From the NCBI RefSeq assembly GCF_009834535.1, contig NC_045717.1:22134001-22198000 (forward strand): 64,000 bases of DNA. Direction: 5' to 3'. The notes beneath the pieces are model-generated. The model was given only the letters and a program-made list of their open reading frames with translations. It had not been told where the DNA came from and made no database searches. This DNA is from Camelus ferus. Lineage: Eukaryota. A program made the translations under genes and the position numbers. Of the stretch, positions 42,451 through 56,100 are shown piece after piece; the first letter of the stretch is position 1; the number at the start of each line of letters is the position of its first letter.

Positions 42451-42945
42451 ACTAGACCATGAATCTTCCTGAAGCCCCAAGACCCCTCATTCTTCCTGGT
42501 CTCTCAGGGGGAGGTCCCAGCTGAGTTGCTCAGGTAGGAAATCCTGCCTCCCCGCTCCCTGTCCTCACCATTGCCAGAGCCACCCTTCGGAAAATGCCAT
42601 GCTCTAAGGCTCTGTCTATAAGTCTGACATCCTAGGTCCTCGGTGGCTTCCTCCAATACTGTCGCTTCCAACCCTCACATTTGGGCTCACGTGGAGCCCG
42701 GGAATGTCCTTTCCTCTCCCATGCTGCACCCCCACCTGGGCAGCCTCTTTGGTCCCCCTACTGGCCTGCTATGACCTCTACCCCTGATACTCTTAGGCTG
42801 CGGGAGGCTCCCAAGGGCAAGGACAGCCTGCTGTCCTCCCCACTGCTTCACCGGATGAGGGGCTGGGGACCCATGCTGCTGGACCCACCCCCACCCCCAG
42901 GCCTGCCCCTCTCAGTGTCCCTTGTCCATGACTGTGTAAATACAC

Positions 42946-42951
42946 TTTATT
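42946..42951 (-). terminator. EVI5L: EVI5L polyadenylation signal
   Basis: TTTATT on +, giving a 3'UTR of about 1.2 kb. Confidence 0.7.
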
Positions 42952-44142
42952 TTCCATCTTTCCCGCCTGGGCGACATGTGGAGTGTGAACAGGCAGTGTG
43001 CAAAATGATGGTGGGCAGTGTGGGGGGCACGTGGGAGAGCCCCTTGGATGCCCACCCTGGTCCCCAGGCTTTGTAACACTGAGGAGTGGGCAACCAGGAA
43101 GGGGGCACTGAGCATGGATCCCCACCCCAGGAAGCGCCAGGGATTCTGCTTGTGATGCTGCTCTAGGCTCTGGGAGCACCGAGAGGGTCATCCCGAGGGT
43201 CATGAGGCCCCAGGGGATCAGGGTCTGGGGGCATCGTTGGACTTTGGCACCGTTCTTGGTTCTGACTCAGCAGAGACCACGGGACCACCATGAGCAGGCA
43301 TGGAGAGGCAACTCTGCTGAGAGACCTCCTCCCCTGGGACCAGGCCCTGGCCGGAGGGTGGGGCTGGGGACAGGGAAGGAAGGGAAGTGGAGGCTGGGGA
43401 CCCCCTGGAGAACAGGCTAGCCTGGGTGGGAGAGCCCATCCATCACTGGCCAAGATGGGGTGAAGATGTGGGGCATGGCAGGGGTGGGGGTGTAGCTTCA
43501 TTTCCTTACAGCTGCTCTGGCTCCCAAGAAGCAGGGGCAGACACTTCCCTGGCCCTTGCTGGTTCCAGTTGGCCACTCACCACCCCCATCTGGCCCTGCA
43601 CACAGCAGGGGGGACTTTGGTTTCTGCTGCAGGGGCCACAATGCCTGCACCAGGCAGGAAAGCCCAGCCTGGCCATCTGTCCCCAGAGGCCAAGGGTTCC
43701 CAGGGCCAAGGTGGGGTGGTAACGTCCAGTCTAGAGCTGCCCCTTCTTCCTCAGACCTCCTCTAGCTCCTGGGCCCTTCCCAGCAGGGCGGTCCTTGTCC
43801 CAGAAGAAGGCTTGCTAGGAGAGGGGATCTTCCTGCTCGTCCAGTCCTGGGAGACCCCTGGGTCCTCCCCTGCCCTGGCTGTTAAGAGGGGCAGACGCTC
43901 CAGGTAACTGGGCCCAGAGGGGTATGGACCAAGATGGGTAAACACTGCTGAGGAGGGTGGCCTGGCCGGGGACTCTGAGGATCCTCAGACTCCGGCTCAA
44001 CCCTCCGCGCCCTGCCGCGCTGGGCCTGGCCCTCGGGGTGGGCGGAACCACCGAGGGCATGGAGTTTGTTAAGTGCGGGCGGGCGGCCCGCGAAGAAGGA
44101 GCGGGCGGCGGCCCCCTGGCTCCGAGCACGCGGGGCACGGCC

Positions 44143-47100
44143 TCAGTTGTCCAGGCCCTGGCAATAGGGCGCGGCCAGCTCATCAGCGTCGCTGTCTGAG
44201 CTGCCCTCACTGTCCTTGGCCGGCCGCTCCAGACGGCGGAAGAAGCGTGCGTCGCGCGGGGACAGCGGGTAGAGCGCGTCCTGCAGCGCCGCGCCCACGC
44301 CCACGCCCAGCAGCTCCTCGTCGGACGACGGCAGCGAGTCCTCATCCAGATGCCGCGCCAGGCCGAGCCCGTCGAAGGCCAGCGGGTCCTCGAAGGGCGG
44401 CGGGCCCTTCAGCAGCCGCACCTGGGGCGGGGGACCCGCGCGCTGGAAGCGTGGACTTACGTCCCACAGACGGAGTCCGGCCTCCGGGCACCCGCCTCCC
44501 GCTCCCCGAGGCGCCGACGCCCGGCCCCGTCAACGTCAACGGTGAGGACGCCAGGGCCCTTAGGCCCCTCCCGCGCTCACCTCGGCCTTCAGCTCCTCGA
44601 TCTGATCCTTGAGCTCTCGGATGTACTGCGAGGAGTCCGAGTGGTTCAGCTGGCCCTGGATGCGGCCCTCCTCCCTCTGCGGGCAGGCCGGGTCACGGGG
44701 CATCAGCGCAGGGCCCCGCCCCGGGCCCGGCCAGCCCCGGCCCGACCCCGGTGCTCACCTGGATCTCCAGCTCCGCGATTCGCTGCCGCATCTCGGCCAC
44801 CGCCGCCATGCTGTCCGCCTCCCGCAGGCGCACGGCCATCACCTCCTCTTTGCTCTGGGGACAAGGGGGACAAGGCAAATCAAGGGGCGCGGCGGGCGGG
44901 GGCCGGGGCGGGGCCGCGGGCGGGGGGCAGGAGGCACCTTGCACTCGGCCTCCGCCTGCTTGCGGCGGCTTTCGCTGAGCTGCGTCTGCAGCCCCTTGTT
45001 CTGCGCCGCCAGGTACTGGAGCTTCTCCTGCAGCGCCGCTCGCTCGGCCTCCACGCGGTTCAGCAGGTTGCGGTGGATGTGGTCCTGAGGGCGGACAGGC
45101 GCGGGTCACGGCCTAGCCGAGGGGCCTGCCCCGGACGCCGAGTCCCCTCCCTGAGACAGGCCGCGGCCCACCTGAGTCTCGAGTTCCACCACGCGCTGCC
45201 GCAGCTCGCGGCCCTCGGCCAGAGCCTGGGCCTCGCGCAGCCGCACGCTCATCAGCTCGTCCTGCAGCTCGCCCAGGACCAGCTTCCGCGGGGACTCCTT
45301 CCAGCGGCCGCCGCGGGACAGATGGGCCTGCGCGGGGAGGTGGGCGGTCAGCCCCGGCTCCGGAGCCCCGAGGCCGCTTCGTGAGCGCCGGGCGAGGCCC
45401 TCACCTGCCAGGTGTCCGAGAGCTCCTGCAGTTGCAGCTTCAGTTCCCGCGCCGAGGCCACGGCCTCGCCCTCCCGTACCTTGAGCGCCTTCAGCTCCTC
45501 CTGTAGCCTCGCCACGTTGTTCTCGTCCGGCAGCGAGCTGTTCCTCTGCGGGGAGAGGAGCGGTCAGAGCTCAGCCGAGGTGTGCAGCCACCCGGCCCTT
45601 CCTGCAGGACCCATGCCCTGGCCCCCTTTTCCTCTGAGCCCTGCTTTGGGTCTCCAGGCTAGAGGATGCAACCTGGACCCCAGGATGCTCTGGGGGAACT
45701 TGGACCAGGCCCAAGAGGAGCAGACTCTGCCTATGCTGCCCCAGCCAAAGAGCCTGGTCTGTAAAATGGGTGTATTAACAGCACCTACTCTGGCAGGGCT
45801 GGCCTAGGGCTGACATCTAAAACGTGGTACTGCTAATAACAACTAGGCAGGCTGGGTGAGGGCAGGTGCTACCCACCTGGGCATCTGAGATCACCCCCTC
45901 TGGGCCCAGACCCTCCCCAGAAGGAGCTGAGAAGACTAGATTTTGACACCCATCTTCTTGGGGACGGACTGAGGGCTGGACTGGGCCCTGTCCTGGCCTC
46001 CCAAGAGCTCAGTGATGACAGATTTGTGCTACAGCCCCTTGGACCAAAAGCCAGCTCACTGCCCGAGGTTCTCGCTGACCTTTGTTTAGGTCTGGGAGTC
46101 GGGGAGGGTGGCAGATCTCCTGGGCTCACATTTCCCTCTGATGTGGAGGGAGGTGGGAGGGATGCCCAGCTCTGGGCGGGCTGACTGATGGGGATGGAGA
46201 GGCTGATGGCCCCACACAAGGCCACGGCAGAGACACCCAACTAGGGAGGGTACCCAAAATAGTGCAGCTTGGAGGTGGAGGGGCATGGCTTCTGCCCATG
46301 TGTGAGTGGGTCCTGCTGCCCTCTAGTGGCTGAGGCATCTCCCTTCTCCTGGAGGATCCATGGGAGTTCAGTCAATAGCAAGTCAGTGTGGAAGCAGCTG
46401 GGGAGGGACCAGGAGGCCTGGTGCCCCCTGCAGGGCTGCAGGTGGGAGAGGGGGGCCCCTAGTCGGCCCCCTAGGTGGTGTCTCCTCCAGGAGGGGGAGC
46501 AGCCCTGATGGGCTTGGGCCTCCGCCTTCCCTCCCCGTCTCTCCATCCTGGAACCTAGGGCCTGAGGGAGACACAACAGGTAGGATGGGCGATCCAGGAA
46601 GTCCATGAGGCCACCATGCTGCTGGCCCTGTGCCTGGTACATGAGGGCGAGTGTGCCCCTTGTGGAGTCGTGCTGCTTTGTGTGTGTGTGTGTGTTAGTA
46701 TACCTCCAGGGCTTGAGAGGGTCTGGGGGTGAGGGGCCCAACTTCCCATCTGCCCAGACCCTGGTATGGAGACCACAGTGGAGGAGGCAGGGGACAAGTG
46801 GGCCAGGGAGGTGCCCTGGGTTCCTCGGGGGCTGCCAGGGCAGGGGATCTGACTCCCGGACCTGTCCTGCTGGCCCCCCTGGCCGCCCCTTCTCAGCGAG
46901 GGCCTGCTCATGCACCGGCCAAAGCACGTGTGGTACCCTCGCCTTCCTTTCCCCAGAGTTCCCCCCACACCCGCCCAGTCGCACCTTCTCCATGTCTAGA
47001 ACCTTATCCTGCATCTCCCGCAGGGCGCCCAGAGTCTCCGTCTCCCGCAGCCGTGACTGCTCCAGCTCAGTCTCCAGGTGGGCCACAAAGTCCTCGGTGA

Positions 47101-50100
47101 GGCGTGGGTTATCCTGGGGGCAGGCAGAGGGCTGGGCTAGGCCCCAGGCTGCAGCGGGAGGTGGGCAGCCTTCCTGCCAGCCTCTGTGGTCCCCAGCCAT
47201 GCCCCACCCCCTCCACCTCCAGGACCCCTGGGTGGAGAGAGGGTGAGGAGAAACCCTGGATCTGCTTCCGGGGCCTTCTGCCCTCTTGGAGGAGCTGATC
47301 TTGACAGGGGCCCTGATGTTCTGTGCCTAGGGGTCCTGGCACTCGTGCAGTCATCCGGGCCCAGCTTCCCTTCCGGGAACACCACACAGCGGGGACCTTC
47401 CATGGCCTCAGGATGCCCCCTGAGGGACACCAATGACTGGTTCCCAGGATCGTTGCAGGGAGGGTGGAAGAGCTCTCTGGAGGGCCCCTTCCTGCTGTGC
47501 GGTCCTGGCCTAACCACAGGGTGGGGGTTGTCTGGAGGTAGGGCTCAGGGCTCTGGCCCTCCTGCCCCTCTCTCTTTATCGGCCCCATCCTTTCCACCCC
47601 CTCACCCCCCACTGCCCACCACATTTCACAATGGTCGAGGATGGGGAAAGAGTTTGCCAAAACCACTTTCTCTCAGTGCCGGGGCTTCTCAGAAGTACCC
47701 TAGGGGGCCGCAGGGGTGATGGGTGCCACCTGGGTCCAATGAAGAAGACCTAGCTAGTGGGAGAGGGAAGCCCCTAGGGCTAAGCTGGGTCCGCATTTTG
47801 CTGCCCTGGTGGCTTGGCAGGACAGTTCTCAGGGAGGGTGTCCCAGCCATCCCCTCCCCCGGCTGCCACCCCCTTCCCCACTGGCCTCCTGCCTAACCGC
47901 CCAGGTCTGCTCGCTGCCTGGGACCTCTGTGGGCCTCGAGGCCCATGGCTGCCAGTGGCTCTCCCTGGGCCCAGATGAGATTGGGGCCTCTTCCAAGCTC
48001 TGCCAGGCCGCACCTCCTCCAGGGGCCTCTGGAGACGGTGCTTAAGGGCCTCACTGATGTGTACGGCACCACCCTCCTCTGCCTGCAGCGGCCTACTGCT
48101 GCACCCATCCCTGCGCCGGGCCCCAAAGGCTGGAGCGCAGAGGTGGCAGGTGAAGTCTCTCATGCCTGTAAGGGGCCACCGTGCCATGGGTGGCACTAGC
48201 CCAGCCTCAGATTTCCCATTGGCCTTGCTGCTTCAGAGCAGGTGGGGCTCCAGCACCGGAAGTCGAGGGGCAGGAGGCGAAGCAGGTGAGAAACGGTGAC
48301 GTTCTGCCTCCCTGTCCCCAAGAGCAAAGAATCAACTCACGTTCCTCAGTCCAGGCCTAGGTGAGGGGGCCCTCCTCAGCAAATGACCCTTCCTTTTCTC
48401 CACCCATTGTTTCTTGAACACCCTATGGTTTCTCCAAATCAGAGACCCCACCTCACTGCCAGGCTCTGCTGGGTTCAGCCCCGGATTGCAGGGCACCAGG
48501 GAAGCCTATAGCATCCTCCCCTGCCGCTCCAAGGTGTGTGCTCGGGCATGCATGCTGAGTTTGGGGGCTGCAGCTGCTGGTGGGTCATCACATCAGGAAG
48601 GCAGCCTACTGGGTACAGCTGAAGGAACGTTCTGAAGGCCCTCTCTGGGAGAAGTGGACTCTTGACAGTGCTCCAGCCCATGGGCCCTCCCACCACCCAT
48701 ACGGAGCTCATGACCCCACGAAGACTTGGCCAGCCCCCTCCCCTCGTCCTTCCAGCTCAGAAGGCTGGGCACAGACCAGACTCTTTTGAGGGCAAAGTGC
48801 TGGGCACTGTAGGAGGGGGGCCTGCTCCCTGATCCCAGCTCCTACCCTGCATGGCTGGCCCCCAGCAAAACCCTGAACCATTTAGAGTCCCCCTGAAAGT
48901 TTAGAGCCGCCCTCAAACTGAGTTCCCCTGCCAAGTTTATCATTACTCTCTCTAACCAGAACTTTATTCCGTTTCTTATCCCACCCCTTCCCCCCTCAGG
49001 TTGAGGAGTTTCAAAGAAAAGGGGGGATTGAATCTGAGCAGGACCCAGTGGGGCTTCCCCTGAGTTCCACAGAGCAGACTCAAGCAGCAATAGAGTCATA
49101 GGACACCAAGTTCCCCCTGAAGGAGTAGACAAAACTATCTGACCCAGATCTTTGAGTCAGTCTGTAGAAACTAAGACCCTTGCTCAGGTGGATGATGGTG
49201 ACTACATGCTGACCACCAGCACTTAGTCCCCAGACTGGCTGGAACCAGAAGGGTGATGACTGAGATTCCTGAAAGCTCAGCCTGTTACCTCAATGCCAAC
49301 CAATCAGAAGAAGATCCATGAGCTGATCTCGCAGCCTATGACCCTCTCCCATGAAGCTGCTGAAAAACCCTTGTCTAAAAGCCATGAAGAGTTCAGTTTT
49401 TTTGAGCGTGAGCTGCCCGTTTCCCTTGTTTGGTGCCCTGCCATAAATGCTGTACTTTCCTTCACCTGAACCCAGTGTGGGTAGATTGGCCTTGTGCATG
49501 TCAGGGGAGTGGACCTGGGTTTCATTTGATAACAGACCAACAGCCCTTCAGATTCTGGGGAGACACCAGGGCTCCTCCAAGGGACCATAGCCCCATCAGT
49601 GGAGGGAGAGGTCCCTGCAGGGACAGCCTTGTCCCAGCGGCCCTTGAGGGGCCGGGGAGGCTGACTGCCTTGCTCTCAGTGTGGTAGGCCAGACACCCCA
49701 CTGGGTGGTGGGAAATAAAAACCACAGGATCCTCTCCTCCCACACCAGTGTGGGGCTGCTTGCTGCGGCGGGGCTGGGGCAGACTGCATTCTGCTCTGGG
49801 CTCCCCTGTCCCCAGGAAGGAACAAGATGGCCAGGTGCTGAGGCAGGGGTGATTTGGAGCCAGTTGCTCAAGAGCCCGGCAAGTAGCCTGGTGGGGGCCT
49901 GGCCTTGCCCTGGGGGCCCCACCCACCCGGCTGGGTACCTGCTGCTCCTGCAGCTGCCGGATGGTGCTCTGCGCCTTCTGCAGGTCCTCGGCCGCTGAGC
50001 TGCACTGCTGCCGCACCACGGCCAGCTCCCGCTTGATGACGTAGTTCTCCTCGGCCTCCTGCGCTCGCGTCACCTGCCCCTGAGCACAGCGAGGACGGGG

Positions 50101-53100
50101 GTGCCGTGACCCTCTGCTCACACCCCAGGCTCTGCCTTGGGCCCACCTCAGGGGAGGCCCAGAGAGGATGGAGGCGGAGCAGAAGGAAGAGGGGTAAGGC
50201 CTCCCACACTCAGAGCCTGGCATGGGGTGCTCCACAGGGCCGGGGGACGTGGGTGGGAGGCAGGCAGGAACAGGACACCAGGAGGAACCTGGAGGGACCC
50301 ACCCGCCCCGGGGCCCAGGCTCTGGCTCTAAGCCTCTTATTCAGGGCAGATGGCACAGCAGAGGCCGAGCTCTGCTGGTGACCATGGAGGTTGGGGGGTG
50401 CAGCCAAGGGACCAGAGGCTCAGGGCTGGCTCCTCAGGGCCAGGCTGGGAGGTGGAATACATCTCTCCCGGGGCCTTCTCCAGCCCCAGACCCTGGGACT
50501 TCCAACTGCCTAAGGCTAAGACTTGCCCCCCCCCAGCCTCATCCCCTCACCCCACCCAATTTGGGCCCCGCATTCCAGGCTCGGAGCCACCAGGTGGCAG
50601 GCAGAAGCTTCCAGATAAAGCCATTCAAGATAAGGCAGCAGCAGAAGCAGGTGAGTGAGAGATGGCAGGCCTTGCAGGTAGGAGCCGAGAAGAGCATAAG
50701 GGGCCGGAAGGGGTGCGTGTGTGCACGCGCGCGTCGTGTGCATGGTGCGCGCACGCGTGTGTGTGTGTTGGGGGGAGTCTCAGCCGTGCGCACACCAGGG
50801 CCTGTCGCTGATGCACCCTCAGGGTCCTGGAGCCCTCCTGGGTCCCCACCTTTGTCCCCTGGAGGGAGGAAACTCTCTGTGCGTGTGCGCGTTCATACGC
50901 CACACGCACACCCCCGCCCCCGAGGGAAGCCTCTGTCTCCCCTGAGAAGCGGTCCCCAGCCGCCCCCATGCGCAGCGCCAGGCCGGCCCCCCTCGCCCCG
51001 GCCAGGGGAGAGGCGGCCCGGTGGTTGTGTGCGGACCGGGAAGGAGTGGGAGAGGGAGAGCTACGGTACCTGGATTAACCTATCAGCCAGAGCAGCGCTC
51101 TCCTACCCGGCGGAGGGGTTCCGAGCGACAGGGGGAGGAGGCAGAGCGGAAGGCGCGGGGACAGGAGAGGGGGAGAGACAGACAAGAACCACTCGTCACT
51201 AATGCAGTGGACTATCTCTAGAAGCGGGGAGAGAGGAGTGAGACCGGAGAACCAGAGAACCAGCAGGAGAGGACCCGGAGGAAGACCAAAGCCAGAGCCA
51301 GCTCCGTCCTGAAGAGGGATCTGTGTGAGCAGGCAGGGCAGTGCCACCCCGCTGCGGGCCACCGGGCTGGGGCCCCGCTGGGAAGAAATGCATTGGCCTC
51401 CTTTCCTGGGAGGGTGATGGGGGGACGGAGGTGGCAGCACTGGGCCGGGTGAATGCATTTTAATTGGGAGGCAGAACAAGAATGGAGGCTTTGGGGCAAG
51501 AGCAACAAATTCCACCTACTCCCTGTGGTCAGTGGAGGGTCAAGTGTGAGAATGAGGGGTGAGCTGGAAGTGGGCCCCTTCATTTCTATTCCAATCTTTA
51601 AAAACAGGTTGGAGGCTAGTGTCGAGGCTATGGGACCCCCTCCATGGTGCTGGTAGCAAGGCCACCCCTTCCTTCTCCACCTTTCTTTGGAGGATGAATT
51701 ACATTTCCAGGGCACCTACTTCCCGTACCCAGGCAGCCTGGTGTTTGCAGTTAGTGGGGTTATAACTCAACCTTCACCCCCAAGCAAAGTTTCCCCATGG
51801 CCCCCAATTTATATGGCTGCCCAAATCAAAGTGGGGCTTGTGGCGGGATTTACACTGGGCTCCTCAGAGCCCGCCAGGTCAGGGCGGGGCCGGCACAGAG
51901 ACGGGGGAGTGGGGGCAGATGGCTGACTGGCCCTCTTGCTGCTGGGTCCTGCCTGGGGCTCGGAGGGTTCAGTGTCACAGGCTGGTGGCCATACCCCTCA
52001 CCTTCTCCAAGGTCTCAATCCGCTGCTTCAGGAGCCGGTTCTCTGTCCGAAGCCTCTACGGGGTTGTGGGGAGAGGGGAGAGCATGTCAGAGCCAGCCTC
52101 CTGCTCCAGTACACAGTGAGGTTTGTCCCCTCAAGGCCAGGCGCCCTCCAGGCAGGAGGCGTCTAAAGTTCTGGGTGAGTGATTGCAGAAGACAGTCAAG
52201 GCCAATTCCGTTCAGAGTGGCCCACTAGATTAGATATATTTATGTTTTCAAAACAAACCTTGGTTCATTAAAAAATAATATGATCACTGTTGTGGATGTG
52301 AATGGTGTGCTGGGGGCTGGGTGGTCAGCTCCCGTGCCCCCCTCCGATGTGTCTACCCCAGGGTTAAGCCTGTCAAAGGCCAACCTCACATGACGCCTAC
52401 CAGGGGGCAAAGGACCCTGGGTTTGGAGGGAGGCTGCTATCAGATGGCCCCCACCCCTAACTACTTCCCTTTGAGCCCCAGGGTTAAATTCTCAGAGGAC
52501 AAACTCCTCTCTGAGTCTGAGTCCGGCGGGAGGGAGCCTTGCTGAACAGGCGCGCTCCCGTCAGCTGGACAGCTACATTTCTGCAAGCCACTGAGAGCCA
52601 GCTGTACCCAGCAGTTGTCACTCCCCACTCAGGAGTTCTGGAGATGCTCTCCCCTGCTCCCACCCTCCCTCCTGTGCTGGTGGTTCTGGTTAGATATCTG
52701 TGGTTTTCGGTTCCCCTGCAGCCTTTTGGGGAGCAGGGGAGGTTGACATATGCCTTGTACCTAGTTTCTACCGAAGTACCCCTTAAGAAGTAGGTACAGA
52801 AATGGTTTTCATCAGCAGATTAGTGAGGGGCCTGCTTCCCTGTGGATCACAAAGAACATTGCCTAGTTTCTTCCGGGGAGAAAAAGGTGATGGAAACACC
52901 CGGAACATTCCCAGCAAGCAGCTGTGGTCAGAGATAATCGCAGACTTGGTGGATGGTCACTGACTCATGGTGGAGTCAGTGGGAGGGGAAACTTGAGGGA
53001 GAGGAAACTAGCTGGAATCAGGCAGTGTTTGGCCTGAGCCTCCCAGCTCACTGGGGTCAGAGCTGTTTCAGGCCCCGGTCTCTGTTCCTCATCGGGACCC

Positions 53101-56100
53101 AGGACCAGAGTCCTGCCCCCTGCCCCCTGGATTGCCCTGCCCCCTTTCTGGCCTCAGGGCATTGAGGCACAAGCACAGCCATCCTTGGAGGAGCTGGATG
53201 TGCCGACCAACAGCTCTCCTGTCTCCTCTCACTCTAAAGGGAAAGTGAGAGCAAGTGAACAAGGACCATGGGGTGGGGGGGCTAATCACATTATTTAAAA
53301 TACTAATACTAATCACATTATTAAAATTTTTTTTCTTCTGTATCTTTGAGTCTTGACATCCTGCAGCTTTGCTAATCCTGGAGAGACTGCCCCTCCCAGG
53401 GTTAGTTAATTCCTAGGGATGGTAAACGACCTGCCTGCTAGTTTGCCTTCCACATGCAAACCAGCCAATCCAGAGCCCAGGCCCCTATCACCTCCCTTAT
53501 CTGACACTCACACACCAAGCCAAAATTTCCCCTGCCCTGTTGTCCCAGGGCAACTAGGAACCACTTCTATAGCTCAGAGCCCCTGAAATTATTCAAATGA
53601 GCCAATCTCAAACGTGCTCAAACTACCTACCTCACCCTACCCTGCCTTACCCCTCCTTTCCTGTGGGAATCACAGTAAAGACTCTCACCCATGCTTTGCT
53701 CTTCACTCTTTCTGCCTCCTGACGCACCCTCGTACCTCCCTGTGTGGCCCTGTGTGCAGTGGTGTGCCCCCTCCCCTTGGGAACTGTGAGTAATAAACTC
53801 TTCTTTCAAAGGCAGTCTTCTCTGTGTCCGTCACAATCACCATGCCTGATTAAAACAAATCCCAGGTACATTTTAAAATAAGCTAAAGGTGAAAGCAAAG
53901 GGCAGGGCCAGGGGAGAAAGCATCTGCCCTGCCCTTGGGCACCCAGGCTCCTCTCCGGGGAAACTTCCAGGCTGGGCAGGTGGTCTCCGGGTCTGCTGTG
54001 TCCCTGCTTACTGCTGAGCCCTTGTGGTCAGCAGGTGGGAGCAGGCCCTTGTCCGTGCGTGAGTAAGGCACGCGTACGTGTTTGGACTGGTGCCTCAGTG
54101 AAGCTGCCATTCTTGACAAAGGGAATGGCTTAAAAGTTTAGGGCACAAAATTATTTCTGGAAAACCTACAAAGAGGGTCCAGACAATGATGCCCTCTTTC
54201 CCCACTCAGGTACAGGGGGCAGGTGACCTGGATTCTAACCTAGGTTTCTAGAGGAAGTAAGGATGATGATGATGGTGGTGGTTAATAATAATAGTAGTAG
54301 TAGTAATAATAATAATTTGACCAGAGAGCAAGTGTCATCCCCATTTTGCAGAAGGGGCACTGAGGCTCAGAGAGGTGAATTCACCTTCCTGGCAGGTCAC
54401 ACAGCTGGTCTGTAGCAGAGCTGGGGTCTGTGGGACTCCAGTCCCAGCCACTGTGGGACTCTGTCCCTGAAGAGGACAGAGCCAGGCTGTGTTGAGGTTT
54501 GTGTTTGTGTCTGTCCCCCAACCCCTACTGGACTAGGGGCCCTCAGTCTCTGCTGTGACTCTGGCACACAGTAGGTGCTCAATAAATGAATGTTGAGTCA
54601 ATAACCAAAACCATGGCTGGAGGGATGAGAGCAGGAGGAGGACTGGATTCAGAGGCTCTGCAACCTCAGGAGACTTTGTGATGTGTAAGAAATGTCTATT
54701 TGGTTGTTGTTGTGGTCCTGGCACAGAGCTCCTAAAACCCTGGGCATTTCCTCAGTGAGAAGAGGAATAAAGGTGTCTTTTGTTACCTCGGTGAGGTGGC
54801 TGTTGGAAAGCCCCCAAGTCACCTCAGGAAGGGGCTGGTTGCCAGGTGACGCAATCTTGTGATTAGAGGGTTGGAACCACCGGGGAAGGGCGAGGGCTGG
54901 AGGCTGACTCGCTGCCTGCCCCGGGGACCTGTCCTTAGTGCTGGGGCACACCCTGGCTCACACAGGGCCTGGAGGTGAGTGAACACCCCCCCCCCCCACC
55001 AACCTAAGCATCGCGGTGTGCAGCCCGCTCAGGGAAGGGCTGCCCTCTAGTGGCCGCTGAGGGGCTCCTGAGGGCACTGCGTCTGGTCTGGTCCTGGACT
55101 CACCTTGATCTCTATCTGCTCCTCCATCTCCTTGCTCTTCATGGCCGCATACTCCTTCTCCAACCTGCAGGGGGAGGGTGGATGTGCTCACTGTCCCATC
55201 CTCAGGGACCCCTTCTACTAGCACCCCGGCTGCCTGGTACTGACCTCTTCATCTTCTTGGGGTTGTACTTGACCTGGTAAGCCTTGAGGATCAGCTTGTC
55301 CGGGCAGCTGTCGAACTGATGGGGGATCACCCTCTGGAAGTACTGTGGGGACACAGACGGTCACCGACACACAGGCCTGGGCCACCTAGGGCCACTTGAA
55401 CCCCCACTGCACCCTCCTTCCTGGGAGGAGGGTCTGCTCAGGGTGTCACCATGACCTCAGTGCAGGGCCTACCTGCTATGGGCGCTCAGCCTGCTCAGGA
55501 CAGCGGGCTTTGGGAGCTCCTGAGGGCGAAGGCCAGGGGTGGGGCGGGGGGTGGGGTCTGAGCACAGGGGGCCTTCAGGAGGGAGACATGCTGCTGCCCC
55601 AGGGCAGTGAGAGGAGGCAGAAGAAGCTGAAGGATCAGGGTGGTGGAGAGGAAGTTGGAGGGAAGACCCCTCTGTGGTCTGCCTGCTTGCCAGTGGCCCC
55701 TGGAGCCTCCGCAAAGAGTTAAGTGCAAGCTGCCAGTGGACACAGCTTGTGGCAGCTCGGGGCCAGGCTGGCTCCTGCTCCCCAGCCCAGCTGGCCCCCT
55801 CTGGCAGCTGCGGACAATGGATGCCCGTGTTCGTGGACACAACCATGGCCTTTGTGCATTCTTCCCTGAAGCACCAGCTGGAGGACGCTGGGAGGGGGCA
55901 GGGGCCTGCATGATGGGGACATGGCGGTGAGAAGCAGGCTGGCCTCCTCTCGGCAGGCAGGGCAGCTGAAGCAGGCCGGGGCGGGGCAGGGCCAGAGACT
56001 GTCCCAGACCCCTCACTCCCTCCTGTGCCCTCGCCCCGCCTGGCTGCTGGGGCTGAAACCACACCCAAGGCCTCCTGGTTTGCTTAGTATTACTGTTTGC

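Noticed and set aside
44350-45384. 344-aa + strand ORF
   Set aside because: Antisense shadow of GC-rich EVI5L 3' exons and short introns; low-complexity R/P/A/G composition.
52288-52548. TG...CA-bounded segment resembling an old LTR
   Set aside because: Could not match it to any family with confidence.
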